Source: Methanosarcinaceae archaeon (GTDB lineage Archaea; Halobacteriota; Methanosarcinia; Methanosarcinales; Methanosarcinaceae). From it: 45,781 nt of DNA. Below, piece after piece: positions 17,292-27,234 of this stretch. Positions within the stretch are counted from its first letter, which is position 1; each line of letters opens with the position of its first letter. The notes under the pieces were generated by a model. It saw nothing but the letters and a program-made list of their open reading frames with translations. It searched no databases and was not told the origin of the DNA. Both the position numbers and the translations under genes were made by a program. The stretch spans positions 1 through 45,781 of the forward strand of contig JAHYJJ010000001.1 in assembly GCA_019429165.1 (NCBI GenBank), given 5' to 3'.

Positions 17292-18308
17292 TTATAATTC
17301 CTTAACCCAGAACCCCTTTATTGTTGGTGAAAAAGCGTCAAATGTCGCTCCAGATGGGATTAAACTCACTATTAATTTTGTCGGTTCGCTTGTAAATGGT
17401 GTAAATTGACTTACGCTTGGAGCATTTCCACAATCTAACCACCCACTATCTTCTGTCGCATTAGTCAATTTATATTTAATAACACTATTAGTTTTGAAAT
17501 TATTAATAAATGGAACACCAATAACAGAACTACAAGTCCCTGATAGTTTTCCCGTTGGAATATTATGAGTTATTATCTTAGAAGCCCCAACATTACCATA
17601 TTTAAGTTCATATACATAATGAATGTGCCACATGGTTGTGGTAACACCATTTGTATACATAACAATTCTTATACCTTCAACAGTATCATCAACAGTGAAA
17701 TAAAATTCCTTTATGTTATGTCTTCCATAATTATCATAAGCATTAACTGTTTTAATTGTTGTCCAAGTTGATGATTTATATGTCTGAATATAATATGTCC
17801 CATAAGCATCCCCAGATGTCCACACACGAGCCTTAACAAATCCCACACCAATATATTTGCTTGCAAATGTCTTCCCCAAAGATGACTGATAAGGTTGTAC
17901 ATAAGGACCAGCATGTTCGGCATATGTTGCTAAATCATCGTCAAAAGCGTTCTCTGGGGTTGTATATGTGTTTGGGTTGTGTGTTGTGTCTCCCGTAATA
18001 GAAATAAAACCTGAACAATAAGAATCTGTTATAAAAGGTGCAGTTGTATTAGCAGTATCTACACTATTTTCTCGACCATTTGCGTTAATGTAAGCGTCTC
18101 CCCAACCATCAATATTTCCTGCACTCCAGACACCTACTCGGTCTATAAGACTCCGAATCGTGTTAAGACCATTAATTGCAAGACTTGATATTGTAAGACT
18201 TGCACCTGCACTAAAAGTATCGTTCAAGTCTGTTGGTTTAACCCTCGCAGTCGGTGTGCTCCAATCGGTCCCACCTAATGAAGTATTCTTTATACTCATA
18301 TTAATCAT
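17292..18308 (-). CDS. Tail fibre / receptor-binding protein
   Basis: Last gene of the tail block; PTDLNDTF N-terminal anchor-like motif; central ENAFDDDLATY galactose-binding-like domain. Confidence 0.65.
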   Translation of the reverse strand: MINMSIKNTSLGGTDWSTPTARVKPTDLNDTFSAGASLTISSLAINGLNTIRSLIDRVGVWSAGNIDGWGDAYINANGRENSVDTANTTAPFITDSYCSGFISITGDTTHNPNTYTTPENAFDDDLATYAEHAGPYVQPYQSSLGKTFASKYIGVGFVKARVWTSGDAYGTYYIQTYKSSTWTTIKTVNAYDNYGRHNIKEFYFTVDDTVEGIRIVMYTNGVTTTMWHIHYVYELKYGNVGASKIITHNIPTGKLSGTCSSVIGVPFINNFKTNSVIKYKLTNATEDSGWLDCGNAPSVSQFTPFTSEPTKLIVSLIPSGATFDAFSPTIKGFWVKEL

Positions 18309-18380
18309 CTCTTTATTTCATTATATATATATATGTGTGAAATTACCCACCAATCTTTTATCCACCACAAAAAAAAAAAC

Positions 18381-18755
18381 CTAAACATTTGTTACAGTTA
18401 TGGTTGTTCGAAGCCCGATAGATAACTCTTTTGACACATCTTTTGCGACTGCTGTTGACAATAATATTCTGTTGAACATATTTCCTGCACTTACTGCGTC
18501 AAACAATCCAACCTCTGCAATCGTTGAGCCGTTCCCCTCAGTCAGACCCAATGTTGATGAGAAGTCATAAGTTCCCGAACCTATGTTTTTTATTGCAACC
18601 TCGTCAAATATCTTTCGGATGATTGAAGTTTCAAGGTCAGTATCTGATATAACAGGCGTTGTAGTTCCTGTTCCGAAACCTATATGTGTCCCAGTATCAA
18701 ACTCACCCAGGCTTGCCATCTTAATCGCTGTCAATATCGCACTTGTTACTACCAT
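18381..18755 (-). CDS. Minor tail/baseplate protein
   Basis: HIGFGTGTTTP..DTDLE..IIRK...EGNG.TIAEVGLFDA.SAGNMF.R, typical phage baseplate/fibre N-terminal motif. Confidence 0.75.
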   Translation of the reverse strand: MVVTSAILTAIKMASLGEFDTGTHIGFGTGTTTPVISDTDLETSIIRKIFDEVAIKNIGSGTYDFSSTLGLTEGNGSTIAEVGLFDAVSAGNMFNRILLSTAVAKDVSKELSIGLRTTITVTNV

Positions 18756-18767
18756 ATATAATCAACC

Positions 18768-20162
18768 CTATACCAAATAATCTGTTGTAAGCCCCGCTGG
18801 AATTGCACCATCATCGTAAGCAAGAGCGAAATCTTCATCTGCTCCTGTGTCTGAAATTAAATCTCCGTCAGTCGCAAGTGTGGTCTCAGATGCGAATAAT
18901 ATAGTTCCGTTATTTGTAACAGTTTGAAATTTTACAAAATCTATATTAACATTAACATTAACAGTAGTGTTCAGAAAATCATATACAGTTATGTATTCGG
19001 CGTTAGAGTTGGTATCTTCAAGTTGTTTAATTCGGTCTATGGTTTCCTTCTGCCAATCGAACAAATCCTCATCAGTCTCGCCAATATCAAGTATAAGTTT
19101 CTTAGGTAACTCCAGAATAACCTCTTGTATCTTATATAACCCAGTCTTATTGTTCTTCTCGTCAGTTACATATATCATATCATCTACATTATACAACCCA
19201 ATCTCAGAACTGTTTTTAATCCATTTCGCACTCTGAGAACCATCCTCAAACCGTGTCTTATATTCAATAGCCAACTTACGAGCTTCAAGCTTGGATTCTA
19301 TATATTTCTTCTCGAGCATTACAGTCTTCCCAGACCCTAACTCAACCCTAACCTGTGATTTGTATGTATATGACACGACTGGGTCGGTCTTGCTCGCGTT
19401 AAACGTGATACTTTTGTCTTGAATATTAACCGTATAATCCCCAGATATGTTTTCTGTTGTTTGTGTTAGTCCTGTAATCTCAACATTTTCGGGCGTGTAT
19501 GCTGTATGAAAATATGTTCCAGTTCCAGTCAATGTTTCGGTGGTTCTCTGGTCTATGACTGCACCCAATACTATAACCCTCTCAGACTTAAGCGCAATGT
19601 CGGTGTTCCAACCACCATCTAATTGGTCTTGTCCATACACTAAACTTCTTGTGCATGTCGTTCCTGCACTTAAACCCATATTGAAATTCTTAGACAGGTC
19701 TACAGTATATGTCCCACCGAATAACTCAAGTATCTGTGTCACAGCGTCAATCAACCAGGCATCTTTAAATACTATTTTTGATATGGTTATCCCAGTAACA
19801 ATGGTGCTCACATAAGTAAGACCTGTATATGTTGTGATAATGTTTTCAATGATCGCCTCTGGAGATACACCCTCGTATACATCGCTGAACCGTTCTTGAC
19901 CCAGTTCAACACTATAATCACCAACCTCAATTGTCTGAACTCCAGTATTATCAGTTATCTTCTGAATATACCCACCGAAGATTTGAACATTATCAAGGTC
20001 GTAATATAAAACCTCGTCGTTAAGCCCAGGTGTTGTGGTTTGTAAAACAGTAAATTTAAGCACGTTAGGTTTTCTTGAATCCTTCTTCTGAATCTTGGCA
20101 CCCCAACTAAGTGACTGGTCTACGTCTAATGTCCCACCCAGTCTATATTTAAGTGTAACCAT
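18768..20162 (-). CDS. Baseplate hub/Tal-like tail protein
   Basis: Position after Dit; IFGGYIQKI, SPEAIIENII, ERVIVLG patterns. Confidence 0.7.
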   Translation of the reverse strand: MVTLKYRLGGTLDVDQSLSWGAKIQKKDSRKPNVLKFTVLQTTTPGLNDEVLYYDLDNVQIFGGYIQKITDNTGVQTIEVGDYSVELGQERFSDVYEGVSPEAIIENIITTYTGLTYVSTIVTGITISKIVFKDAWLIDAVTQILELFGGTYTVDLSKNFNMGLSAGTTCTRSLVYGQDQLDGGWNTDIALKSERVIVLGAVIDQRTTETLTGTGTYFHTAYTPENVEITGLTQTTENISGDYTVNIQDKSITFNASKTDPVVSYTYKSQVRVELGSGKTVMLEKKYIESKLEARKLAIEYKTRFEDGSQSAKWIKNSSEIGLYNVDDMIYVTDEKNNKTGLYKIQEVILELPKKLILDIGETDEDLFDWQKETIDRIKQLEDTNSNAEYITVYDFLNTTVNVNVNIDFVKFQTVTNNGTILFASETTLATDGDLISDTGADEDFALAYDDGAIPAGLTTDYLV

Positions 20163-20608
20163 TACTGTGAACCTCCGCCGACTGAGAATGATATGTCGCC
20201 ACCTAGTGAGTTAGGTTTGTCTGCATTGAAATCTAGTCTGAACCCATCAAGTAACCCAACAATGTTAGATATGTTTGCAGCGCTCGAAGTTATACTTACC
20301 GTATATAAATCTTCAAGACCATCGGTTATTAGTGTGTTCAGTAGATATGTAACCTTTTCTTGAACAGTTTTGACTGTGCTTGTATGTGTACCATTTGAAG
20401 CATCACCGACCGTGAGTCGCAACATGAAAGGTATGCTTAAATTTTTTTCTCTTCCCAGGTTAATCACTATTGCTTTCTCCGCTGGTTGGTCTGGTAGGCT
20501 TTGTTTCAGTATTTTGGATGTCATGTTATATGTTGTGGTCTTACATTCCGCCTCTTGAAGTCTGAACACTTTACTGTTTTTGTTAGTTATTTCAATACTG
20601 TACACCAT
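20162..20608 (-). CDS. Distal tail (Dit-like) protein
   Basis: 148-aa gene immediately after the tape measure, translationally coupled. Confidence 0.6.
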   Translation of the reverse strand: MVYSIEITNKNSKVFRLQEAECKTTTYNMTSKILKQSLPDQPAEKAIVINLGREKNLSIPFMLRLTVGDASNGTHTSTVKTVQEKVTYLLNTLITDGLEDLYTVSITSSAANISNIVGLLDGFRLDFNADKPNSLGGDISFSVGGGSQ

Positions 20609-21735
20609 CAGAACCCACCGCCCATGTTAACTTCTCGTAAAATAACCTTACCAATGTCTCTTGCGACATCATCTGTAATCAATCCACCGTTTATGGTCAC
20701 GGTAATATTTGCAGGCCCACCTGAACCACCACCCAGTGCTCCGGGGTTTTTAGTTGCGATGATATAATCAGCTGGATTAGTTCGTATAATATCACCATTT
20801 GGTGTGATTATGGCATCATTTACTTTGGAACTTCCACCACCACCACCGAAGCCAATTAAAGACTTAATCTTGTCACTTATCCAATTTCCTATATTTGAAA
20901 GAACAGACATTGAAGATATAAAAATTGATTTAAATGTGTCATATATCCAAGTGCCCAAACTCTTAAGACCTTCCCAAGAAGTTTCTAAGATACTAGTTAT
21001 ACTATCATATATCCAAGTGCCCAAACTCTTAAGACCTTCCCAAGATTTTGTGAGCATATCAAGGAAACCATTCCATATTGCTCCTAGGAAATTAACAACA
21101 TCTACAAGAACTGCTCCTAAACGATTAGTGAAATTTACCCATTTTTCAATTAAAAAAATTATAAATTTGTTTAAAGATTCAGAAAACCACACAACAAATT
21201 TCATAAATTCTTGTGATAAATATGCAAGAACCAAACCTAAGACTGCTACCAATCCAATTATTGTAGCAGTTCCAGCCCCTGCAAGTAAAGTCGGAAAAGC
21301 CAAAAACACACCAATAATCAATAAAATAGCTAGTGCAAGTCCAGAAATCAAAGATACAAAGACACCGAAAGGACTAACATCAATTTTCCCAGTCTCATCT
21401 CTACCGGCAGTTCCCTTAACTGATTCACTTCCACCCAACATTTTGTTTAAAAATTTGTATAATAATAATCCAACCTTAATAAACAAAATTAAGAAAGGTT
21501 TCAAAATAGGAAAAAGAGCCATAATAAGTAGGGAAGCAATAGCAGATAGTGGGTCAAATAACATCTTAACGCTTGACAAAAGAGAACCCAGGAGTGACCC
21601 TATAAGTCCGCCAGAGAATGCACCACCGCCAGACTTAACTTTATCGTCCTTACCCTTAGAGCCTCGGCTGAATGCTTTTCCAGCCTTAAGCGCCTCGCCA
21701 CTATCAAGGCCTATCTTCCAAATCATCTCAGCCAT
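20608..21735 (-). CDS. Tape measure protein (short, 375 aa)
   Basis: After the chaperone pair; hydrophobic helices; W/F 11-22-aa periodicity (SWEGLKSLGTWIYD x2); C-terminal ITVTING motif. Confidence 0.8.
   Translation of the reverse strand: MAEMIWKIGLDSGEALKAGKAFSRGSKGKDDKVKSGGGAFSGGLIGSLLGSLLSSVKMLFDPLSAIASLLIMALFPILKPFLILFIKVGLLLYKFLNKMLGGSESVKGTAGRDETGKIDVSPFGVFVSLISGLALAILLIIGVFLAFPTLLAGAGTATIIGLVAVLGLVLAYLSQEFMKFVVWFSESLNKFIIFLIEKWVNFTNRLGAVLVDVVNFLGAIWNGFLDMLTKSWEGLKSLGTWIYDSITSILETSWEGLKSLGTWIYDTFKSIFISSMSVLSNIGNWISDKIKSLIGFGGGGGSSKVNDAIITPNGDIIRTNPADYIIATKNPGALGGGSGGPANITVTINGGLITDDVARDIGKVILREVNMGGGF
20939..21045. repeat. 41-bp exact direct repeat, 66-bp period, inside the TMP gene
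   Basis: TCATATATCCAAGTGCCCAAACTCTTAAGACCTTCCCAAGA at 20939 and 21005. Confidence 0.95.
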
Positions 21736-21754
21736 ATTGTTGTACCTTTATATT

Positions 21755-21976
21755 TTATTTCGAGCCCAGCATCCTACCCAGCGCCTTAAATCGTTCTTCC
21801 TCTTCAATCGCTCTTCGTCGCATACCATAATATTCTATACCGTTTACAATGTCAACGTCCACATCATCCAGGCCGATATTAAACCCCAATAATAACAGAT
21901 TGGAATATTTCATCACTTGTTGTGCCTGTGGAGTAATCTTAGTTATTGTCTTGGGAGTCTTGAGTATTGCTCGCAA
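21755..21976 (-). CDS. Tail assembly chaperone C-terminal extension (GT-like, reached by -1 frameshift)
   Basis: In the -1 frame of 21985..22293 and open through the slippery site. Confidence 0.7.
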   Translation of the reverse strand: MRAILKTPKTITKITPQAQQVMKYSNLLLLGFNIGLDDVDVDIVNGIEYYGMRRRAIEEEERFKALGRMLGSK

Positions 21977-21994
21977 CTCCCTGTTCAGTTTGGG
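21953..21994 (-). other. -1 programmed ribosomal frameshift signal
   Basis: C CCA AAC heptamer (21994-21988) directly before TGA, 6-nt spacer, then GGGAGT...ACTCCC stem (21981-21953). Confidence 0.75.
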
Positions 21995-22293
21995 TCTCCA
22001 GCTCCACCCAGGCTACCCATGACATCCTTTTCAAAATACTTTTTATATATTCTTGTTGCGTCAGCACCCTCAAGTTTGTCAAGATCTATCCCCTTGACAG
22101 TCTCCAGGCACGTTTCAATCATACCCAGGACGTCAATGTCCCCTCGGATGGATACGCTCCCATCCTTACCGAAACTTAAATCATTAATCGGGATGTGTTT
22201 CTTAGCAACCTGGTTGGCTCTCCTGAACCCCAGCCTGGACACTTCAACATCAACAGTCGTTCCGTCTATGTATTTAACTATCTCTTTCACCAT
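21985..22293 (-). CDS. Tail assembly chaperone (G-like)
   Basis: Between tail tube and TMP; GGTGA SD; ends at the slippery heptamer. Confidence 0.75.
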   Translation of the reverse strand: MVKEIVKYIDGTTVDVEVSRLGFRRANQVAKKHIPINDLSFGKDGSVSIRGDIDVLGMIETCLETVKGIDLDKLEGADATRIYKKYFEKDVMGSLGGAGDPN

Positions 22294-23198
22294 TATAAAT
22301 CACCAACCACAGTAACATCCAGAGCCTCATAATCGTAGGATATTGCCTTTTTTGTGGTATCCATAGTCATATCCATAGACCTTGCGAAACTTCTAGTATT
22401 TGCAAGTGTGAATATATGTGAGTTGTCTGTTCCCCTAGACATAGTAACTGTTATCGCTTCATCAGCTCTATCTTCCGTATATCCAAACTCTTGAGTGTCG
22501 TTCACTTCAACCTCGTATGAACCATTTATATCAAGTCTGTGCCGTAATACAGTTGTGATAAGTCTGCGACTTCCAGCACCAACTGCTTCAATACCTCTAC
22601 CCTCATTATCGGTCACGTTCCAGTTACCAGACAAATTGAAACTGTTTAGTACAGATGGAACTTCACCAATCGTAATTGATGTGTCAAGCCAGGACATAGG
22701 AGTGCCCGTGTTTGTAGTCACACTTAACGTTTCTGTTACTTTTGACATTTTTTTTGCAATACAATTAAGTGTCATACTGATACTTTCATCCTTAGATGCG
22801 CTTATATCAAAATCTTTAACAACCAGACCGTTTAAAAGCCCAATCTTAGTCCCTTGATAGAAGAATTTTAGGGATAATGATTGTATTGTTGGGTCACTTG
22901 TGACCGTATAATCCACGGCATCATCCCTTGCTCCAAGTGCTAGTTTAAGTAAGACAGGTAAACTTGCCTTACTTACTTTAGTCTCAATCGTGACATTAGC
23001 CCAATATAAACCGTCCTCAAACATTGCATTTAAATGCCCAGCGTTTAAACTGGTTAACTTTTCTGTATTGTCTTCTTCCTTAACAGTTATTTTTTGAATG
23101 TGACCTAAGTCAACAGCTGTAAAAGGAGTTGGACTTGTTCCATAAGCAGTCTCTATTGCCCCAATATATTTATTACCTACATTACTAATACATACCAT
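22293..23198 (-). CDS. Major tail (tube) protein
   Basis: IGAIETAYGTSP N-terminal motif, beta-rich 301 aa, GGTGA SD; no sheath gene. Confidence 0.8.
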   Translation of the reverse strand: MVCISNVGNKYIGAIETAYGTSPTPFTAVDLGHIQKITVKEEDNTEKLTSLNAGHLNAMFEDGLYWANVTIETKVSKASLPVLLKLALGARDDAVDYTVTSDPTIQSLSLKFFYQGTKIGLLNGLVVKDFDISASKDESISMTLNCIAKKMSKVTETLSVTTNTGTPMSWLDTSITIGEVPSVLNSFNLSGNWNVTDNEGRGIEAVGAGSRRLITTVLRHRLDINGSYEVEVNDTQEFGYTEDRADEAITVTMSRGTDNSHIFTLANTRSFARSMDMTMDTTKKAISYDYEALDVTVVGDL

Positions 23199-23218
23199 AC
23201 AATCACCCTATATTATTA

Positions 23219-23692
23219 TTATGCTGTCATGCTCCGACAGTAATCTATCAACCTTACTTTTATAACATATCTAAAAATACCCCGGAAACCATTTGATAAA
23301 TCTGTTATTTCTATGTTTGGGTCTATCACATCAAAGTTAGCGTCTGGATTGACAATCTTGGTCGCCAGGACACGTCTAACCTCAACCAACACCTTGCGAG
23401 CGTGTGTGTCTACAATCTTGGTGGCCTGGGTGGTATTGCTCGGTTTGACCCGAATATCAATCTTGACAATTTCTGTAATCTGAGAGTTTGAATTTTGTCC
23501 GATACCCACAGACCCCTGGGTCGTGAGCTCGGAATATACGTAAATATAATCCTGACCAGGCGCTGGTTCTTTATCGGTCGGTTTGGTGTATATCTTAGCA
23601 ATGGTTGGTGTTATAGAATCAGCGTTTGTTTTAGTATAATTAGAACTAAGTAATGTTACAATGTTATCCAGGACATTTATATCTGTTACCAT
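23219..23692 (-). CDS. Tail terminator/completion protein
   Basis: Position between adaptor and tube; YIYVY...VKIDIRV..EVRRVL pattern. Confidence 0.65.
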   Translation of the reverse strand: MVTDINVLDNIVTLLSSNYTKTNADSITPTIAKIYTKPTDKEPAPGQDYIYVYSELTTQGSVGIGQNSNSQITEIVKIDIRVKPSNTTQATKIVDTHARKVLVEVRRVLATKIVNPDANFDVIDPNIEITDLSNGFRGIFRYVIKVRLIDYCRSMTA

Positions 23693-23745
23693 ACTTATCA
23701 ATCTCGCAAAACCAATCAAGGTCTTAAACATACATACAAATGCGA

Positions 23746-24360
23746 CTATTGAAATTCTGTATTATTATCTAATATATTTTTAATTTCATCTTTCCATAAA
23801 TTCTTTGTAGAATCCCAGTTAGGTTTGGACTCACCAACTTGCGTAAATAGTACCGTGCTGAACTCTGGGCTGTTAAGTATTTTGAGTGCAACCATCATAG
23901 TGGCACAATCTTCAACACCACCAGATACCGTAGTCTCACCGAACACATAAGTCACTCTGACACCGTGTGGGTATAATCGCCGTACACCATTTAAAAATAT
24001 AACACCGTTCTGTTTGTCCACCCAATAATCATATGCTCGACCCTCAACTTTATCAACCACCCAGTCAACCCACACACCATCCTGCCAAATTTCAATATTG
24101 GTTATGCTCTGGACACTTCGGTGGACTAGGTCAATCCGAATACCTGCACCAGACCGAAAAACTGATGTAGGTCTTGAATATTCCTTGGTTACGGTCTTGG
24201 CTTTCCAGGAATGGCTTGTAGTGCTATCAATCCTATCCTCAGCCCTATTTATGAGCCCCTCTATTACGGTTGCCGTAGGTGTACTGTTGGTATCAAAGTA
24301 ACCATCTGGAAACCCCAGCATGTTCGCTACTTTGTTGGTTGTTGTATAAGTTACTACCAT
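23746..24360 (-). CDS. Head-tail adaptor (gp6/gp15-like)
   Basis: YTTTNKVANML...LINRAEDRID...VRVTYVFG..VEDCATMMVA. Confidence 0.75.
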   Translation of the reverse strand: MVVTYTTTNKVANMLGFPDGYFDTNSTPTATVIEGLINRAEDRIDSTTSHSWKAKTVTKEYSRPTSVFRSGAGIRIDLVHRSVQSITNIEIWQDGVWVDWVVDKVEGRAYDYWVDKQNGVIFLNGVRRLYPHGVRVTYVFGETTVSGGVEDCATMMVALKILNSPEFSTVLFTQVGESKPNWDSTKNLWKDEIKNILDNNTEFQ

Positions 24361-24382
24361 AAATAAGAATACACCTTTTGTT

Positions 24383-24396
24383 CTTATATATGTAAC
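24383..24396 (-). promoter_or_regulatory. Late promoter (GTTACATATATAAG)
   Basis: Exact 14-mer, 23 nt from ATG 24360. Confidence 0.75.
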
Positions 24397-24450
24397 TGAA
24401 AATTAGAAATAGGTGATGCGCAGAAAACCACACACCACAATTAAAATATA

Positions 24451-24717
24451 TTAATAACCCATTGCTACAAACACACCAGACTTATCTGCTGTCGTTACAA
24501 TAGTTATTGCTCCACCTGCGACTGGGAATGTTTCATTTATAACTGGTTCATTTAGGTCAACTGCTGAACCAGTACCCTGCAATATACAACCTGTGCAGTT
24601 TGTCAGACCAGTTAAGATGTCTCCACCTGTTCCACCTGCGGAACTAGTGTAAGTTCCTGTTACTATCTTTTTATCTCCGAAATATGTTTGTCCTGTTATT
24701 GTATATGTAAATGCCAT
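24451..24717 (-). CDS. Small capsid decoration/cement-like protein
   Basis: 88-aa Gly/Thr beta-rich protein after MCP; GAGGTGA SD; similar in character to 34048 and 34339. Confidence 0.6.
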   Translation of the reverse strand: MAFTYTITGQTYFGDKKIVTGTYTSSAGGTGGDILTGLTNCTGCILQGTGSAVDLNEPVINETFPVAGGAITIVTTADKSGVFVAMGY

Positions 24718-24719
24718 AA

Positions 24720-24926
24720 TTAATTCACCTCAATGAAACCTAATTCTTTTTTAAGAAATTCAACTGCTCCGTCCATTTCCTTATCCATACTGAAATAATA
24801 TCCAGATTTAGGAACTGTGACCGCTTCAACACCGTTGATGTAATACACAACTTCATCTGCCGTCTGTTTAGGATTTTTAAGTAACCTAAACTTCTTATCT
24901 TTTATCTTATCTATAATATTACTCAT
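24720..24926 (-). CDS. Hypothetical protein
   Basis: GGTGA SD; overlaps the previous stop. Confidence 0.65.
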   Translation of the reverse strand: MSNIIDKIKDKKFRLLKNPKQTADEVVYYINGVEAVTVPKSGYYFSMDKEMDGAVEFLKKELGFIEVN

Positions 24927-25129
24927 AATATCACCATTTTTTTTTTTTTTTTGGGTGAATCACCATATTTTAAAAATAATTTTTCAACTACATCATTTCT
25001 ATATGGTAAATGTTTTTTATTTTGTATAGAGTTTATTAAAATATCTCTTGTTGGAAATTGGCTTATTATATCTTTGCTTGTTTTTTTAGATATACCCTTT
25101 GTAGTTTCTAATTCTGTAACAAAATCCAT
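24923..25129 (-). CDS. Helix-hairpin-helix small protein
   Basis: LETTKGISKKTSKDII HhH-like motif; basic C-terminus. Confidence 0.6.
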   Translation of the reverse strand: MDFVTELETTKGISKKTSKDIISQFPTRDILINSIQNKKHLPYRNDVVEKLFLKYGDSPKKKKKMVIL

Positions 25130-25140
25130 ATTAAACACCC

Positions 25141-25179
25141 AATAAAAAAAAGAAAATAAAAAGACCTTATAAAAGGTCT
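25141..25179 (-). terminator. Hairpin + T-tract after MCP
   Basis: AGACCTT-ttat-AAGGTCT followed by TTTTATTTTCTTTTTTTT on the minus strand. Confidence 0.6.
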
Positions 25180-26258
25180 CTTATCTTTCCCTGAGCATTG
25201 AACCTGTTACAGACAAGCTCGCCAGCCATGTAGTACATACCCTCTTTACCTAACTTACCAGCCTCAAAGAAGTTGGAAGTTTCAAAGTATTGTACTGGTT
25301 GTTTAACGCCTATATGTATATATTCTGTGTTTAGGAAGTAAATTCGGCTCTTTGTGTCTTTTGTAACATCTTTATCTCGTATGACAGGAATGCCATCAAA
25401 GGATGCAACTCGTAGACCAACATCGTTCCCTGCCGCTGTCTGAATACCACCATCGCCAACTGATATGTTAACTCGTTCGTTTACATATCGTGTCTGAGTG
25501 TTAACCAGAGCATCTAGGTCTCGTGCAGTGTCAAACCCTGTTATGATAACATTTGGTCTTGCGCCTGAGTTTTCTTCAATAGAATCTATTGCAGTCCTAA
25601 CCAATGCTTCTGTTATAGCTCGGTCTACACCACTTGCATGTGAAACGTAAGCGTCGTAAGCTGTGGATGCACTTCGGTCAAAACCATATATGTCAGCATC
25701 TCCTGCTGTCAATAAAGCTGATTCCTCAGATTGCCCAGAACATACTCGGTCTATGGACTCAATGTTATTTCCTGCGACTGTATCTGCATCACCGTGCAAC
25801 ATTTTGTTTATATGGTTTGCGAACTCTTTCGCCATATATTGTTTTACATGGTCGAAACCGATAGTGTCGTCGTTACCATCATCTAAAAGCTGTTGTCGGT
25901 TTGACATATCAAAAGTCTTACTAACTTCTTTCAATGATATTGCTGCAAGCGCCCAGGTTGGTTTAACTGTTTCTGGAAGTGCTGCATTTTCTGCCACGCC
26001 ACCAGTTCCCAGTGTGCTAGACCTTGCTGTGATAACTCTGAACCCTGTGTTTGCAAGTGGTTTCTTAGGTAGAACGCCCCAAGTTCGTGCCTCGTTATTA
26101 AGTAATTCCCAGACCGCTTCACCGTATACACGGTTATATACACCAGTAGTTGAACTTATCACAGGTGCGTCTGCTTTCATTACAGCCTGTGCGATGTCAC
26201 TATCTATGCTGCCATAATATGCTTCTTTCATATCTTCTATTGTGTTGAATTTAACCAT
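25167..26258 (-). CDS. Major capsid protein (HK97 fold), virus A
   Basis: Follows the protease; KADAPVISSTTGVYNRVYGEAVW..LN.E..TWGVLPKKP..GFRVIT resembles halovirus/magrovirus-type MCPs as I recall them; DGIPVIRD..IYFLN..AQGKIRDL. Confidence 0.9.
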   Translation of the reverse strand: MVKFNTIEDMKEAYYGSIDSDIAQAVMKADAPVISSTTGVYNRVYGEAVWELLNNEARTWGVLPKKPLANTGFRVITARSSTLGTGGVAENAALPETVKPTWALAAISLKEVSKTFDMSNRQQLLDDGNDDTIGFDHVKQYMAKEFANHINKMLHGDADTVAGNNIESIDRVCSGQSEESALLTAGDADIYGFDRSASTAYDAYVSHASGVDRAITEALVRTAIDSIEENSGARPNVIITGFDTARDLDALVNTQTRYVNERVNISVGDGGIQTAAGNDVGLRVASFDGIPVIRDKDVTKDTKSRIYFLNTEYIHIGVKQPVQYFETSNFFEAGKLGKEGMYYMAGELVCNRFNAQGKIRDLL

Positions 26259-27233
26259 TTAAATCGCCCTCATTTGACTTCCTAAACTTGCAAAATCTAT
26301 CTTGCCAGACTTAGCCATGTCTTGTAAACTCTTTCTAACATCTGTAATCTTGTTAGTCTTTTTAATCTCAGCCGGTCTTGATGTCATTATTGTTTTTGTG
26401 ACCATTGACTTTTTAAGGTCTGAAATTTCTTTTTTCATAACATCCATTTCAGTTGCTAGTTTTGTGACATCATCATCTGGTTTGTCTTCCTCAGTTGCAT
26501 CGTCTGCCTTTTCTTCTTCCTCAGCGGATGTTTCCACATCTTCGGCTTCTGGGTCTTCGGCTTTCTCTGTCTCAACCACATCCTCGACTGGTGTGTCACC
26601 CTCTGGAGCCCCAGACAACTTTCCCTCAAGCATTGTAATCTTATCAATGATTGAAGTAATCATGTTCTCTAGAGCGGATATTTTAGATTCAACATCTACA
26701 ATTGGTTTGTCTTCCATCATAGGTGTTTCGTCCGCCTTAACTACATTCTTTTTTGCCATAACATTAACCTCGGTAAAGGTTGCTTCTTGATTACCTGTGT
26801 GGTCTACCAGACTGAACTCGTAACCTATCAGGTCTCTCAAATAAGTACCTTCTTTTGTTTTTTCTCTGTTAAATGATTTACCACCTATTGATAAACCCTC
26901 AAATTCTCCTTTCTTGATACCTTCCCAGACCGTGTCATCTTCCGTATAATGTTTGTATATTATACCTGTAATGAGTACCCCTTTTCTACCGTTCTTTTCT
27001 GATCGTTGCCAGTTTAAACCTTTGCCGACATTACGATTTGTGTGCATGAACTGTATAGGCGCTCCTCTATCCATCCAGATATCCATTATTTTATATATTT
27101 CTTCGGCTGGTATAATCTCGTCAGCTCTGTCCAATACCTCAACCGACCCCCAACATTCAAATTTACGCATTTCGTTATCGTTGATTTGGTTGAAACCAAA
27201 GGACTTTAAAAGTATTTTTTCGTCTGCTACCAT
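26259..27233 (-). CDS. Prohead protease + acidic scaffold
   Basis: DRADEII, IQFMH, GLSIGG, EFSLVD.TGN; acidic coiled-coil C-terminus. Confidence 0.9.
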   Translation of the reverse strand: MVADEKILLKSFGFNQINDNEMRKFECWGSVEVLDRADEIIPAEEIYKIMDIWMDRGAPIQFMHTNRNVGKGLNWQRSEKNGRKGVLITGIIYKHYTEDDTVWEGIKKGEFEGLSIGGKSFNREKTKEGTYLRDLIGYEFSLVDHTGNQEATFTEVNVMAKKNVVKADETPMMEDKPIVDVESKISALENMITSIIDKITMLEGKLSGAPEGDTPVEDVVETEKAEDPEAEDVETSAEEEEKADDATEEDKPDDDVTKLATEMDVMKKEISDLKKSMVTKTIMTSRPAEIKKTNKITDVRKSLQDMAKSGKIDFASLGSQMRAI

Positions 27234-27234
27234 A

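Noticed and set aside
20804..21892. 362-aa + strand ORF
   Set aside because: Antisense shadow of the tape measure gene; low-complexity translation with no motifs.
25160..25180. Frameshift extension of capsid protein A at GAC CTT TTA TAA
   Set aside because: Not a canonical heptamer, and the -1 frame does not join the next gene; better explained as a terminator hairpin.
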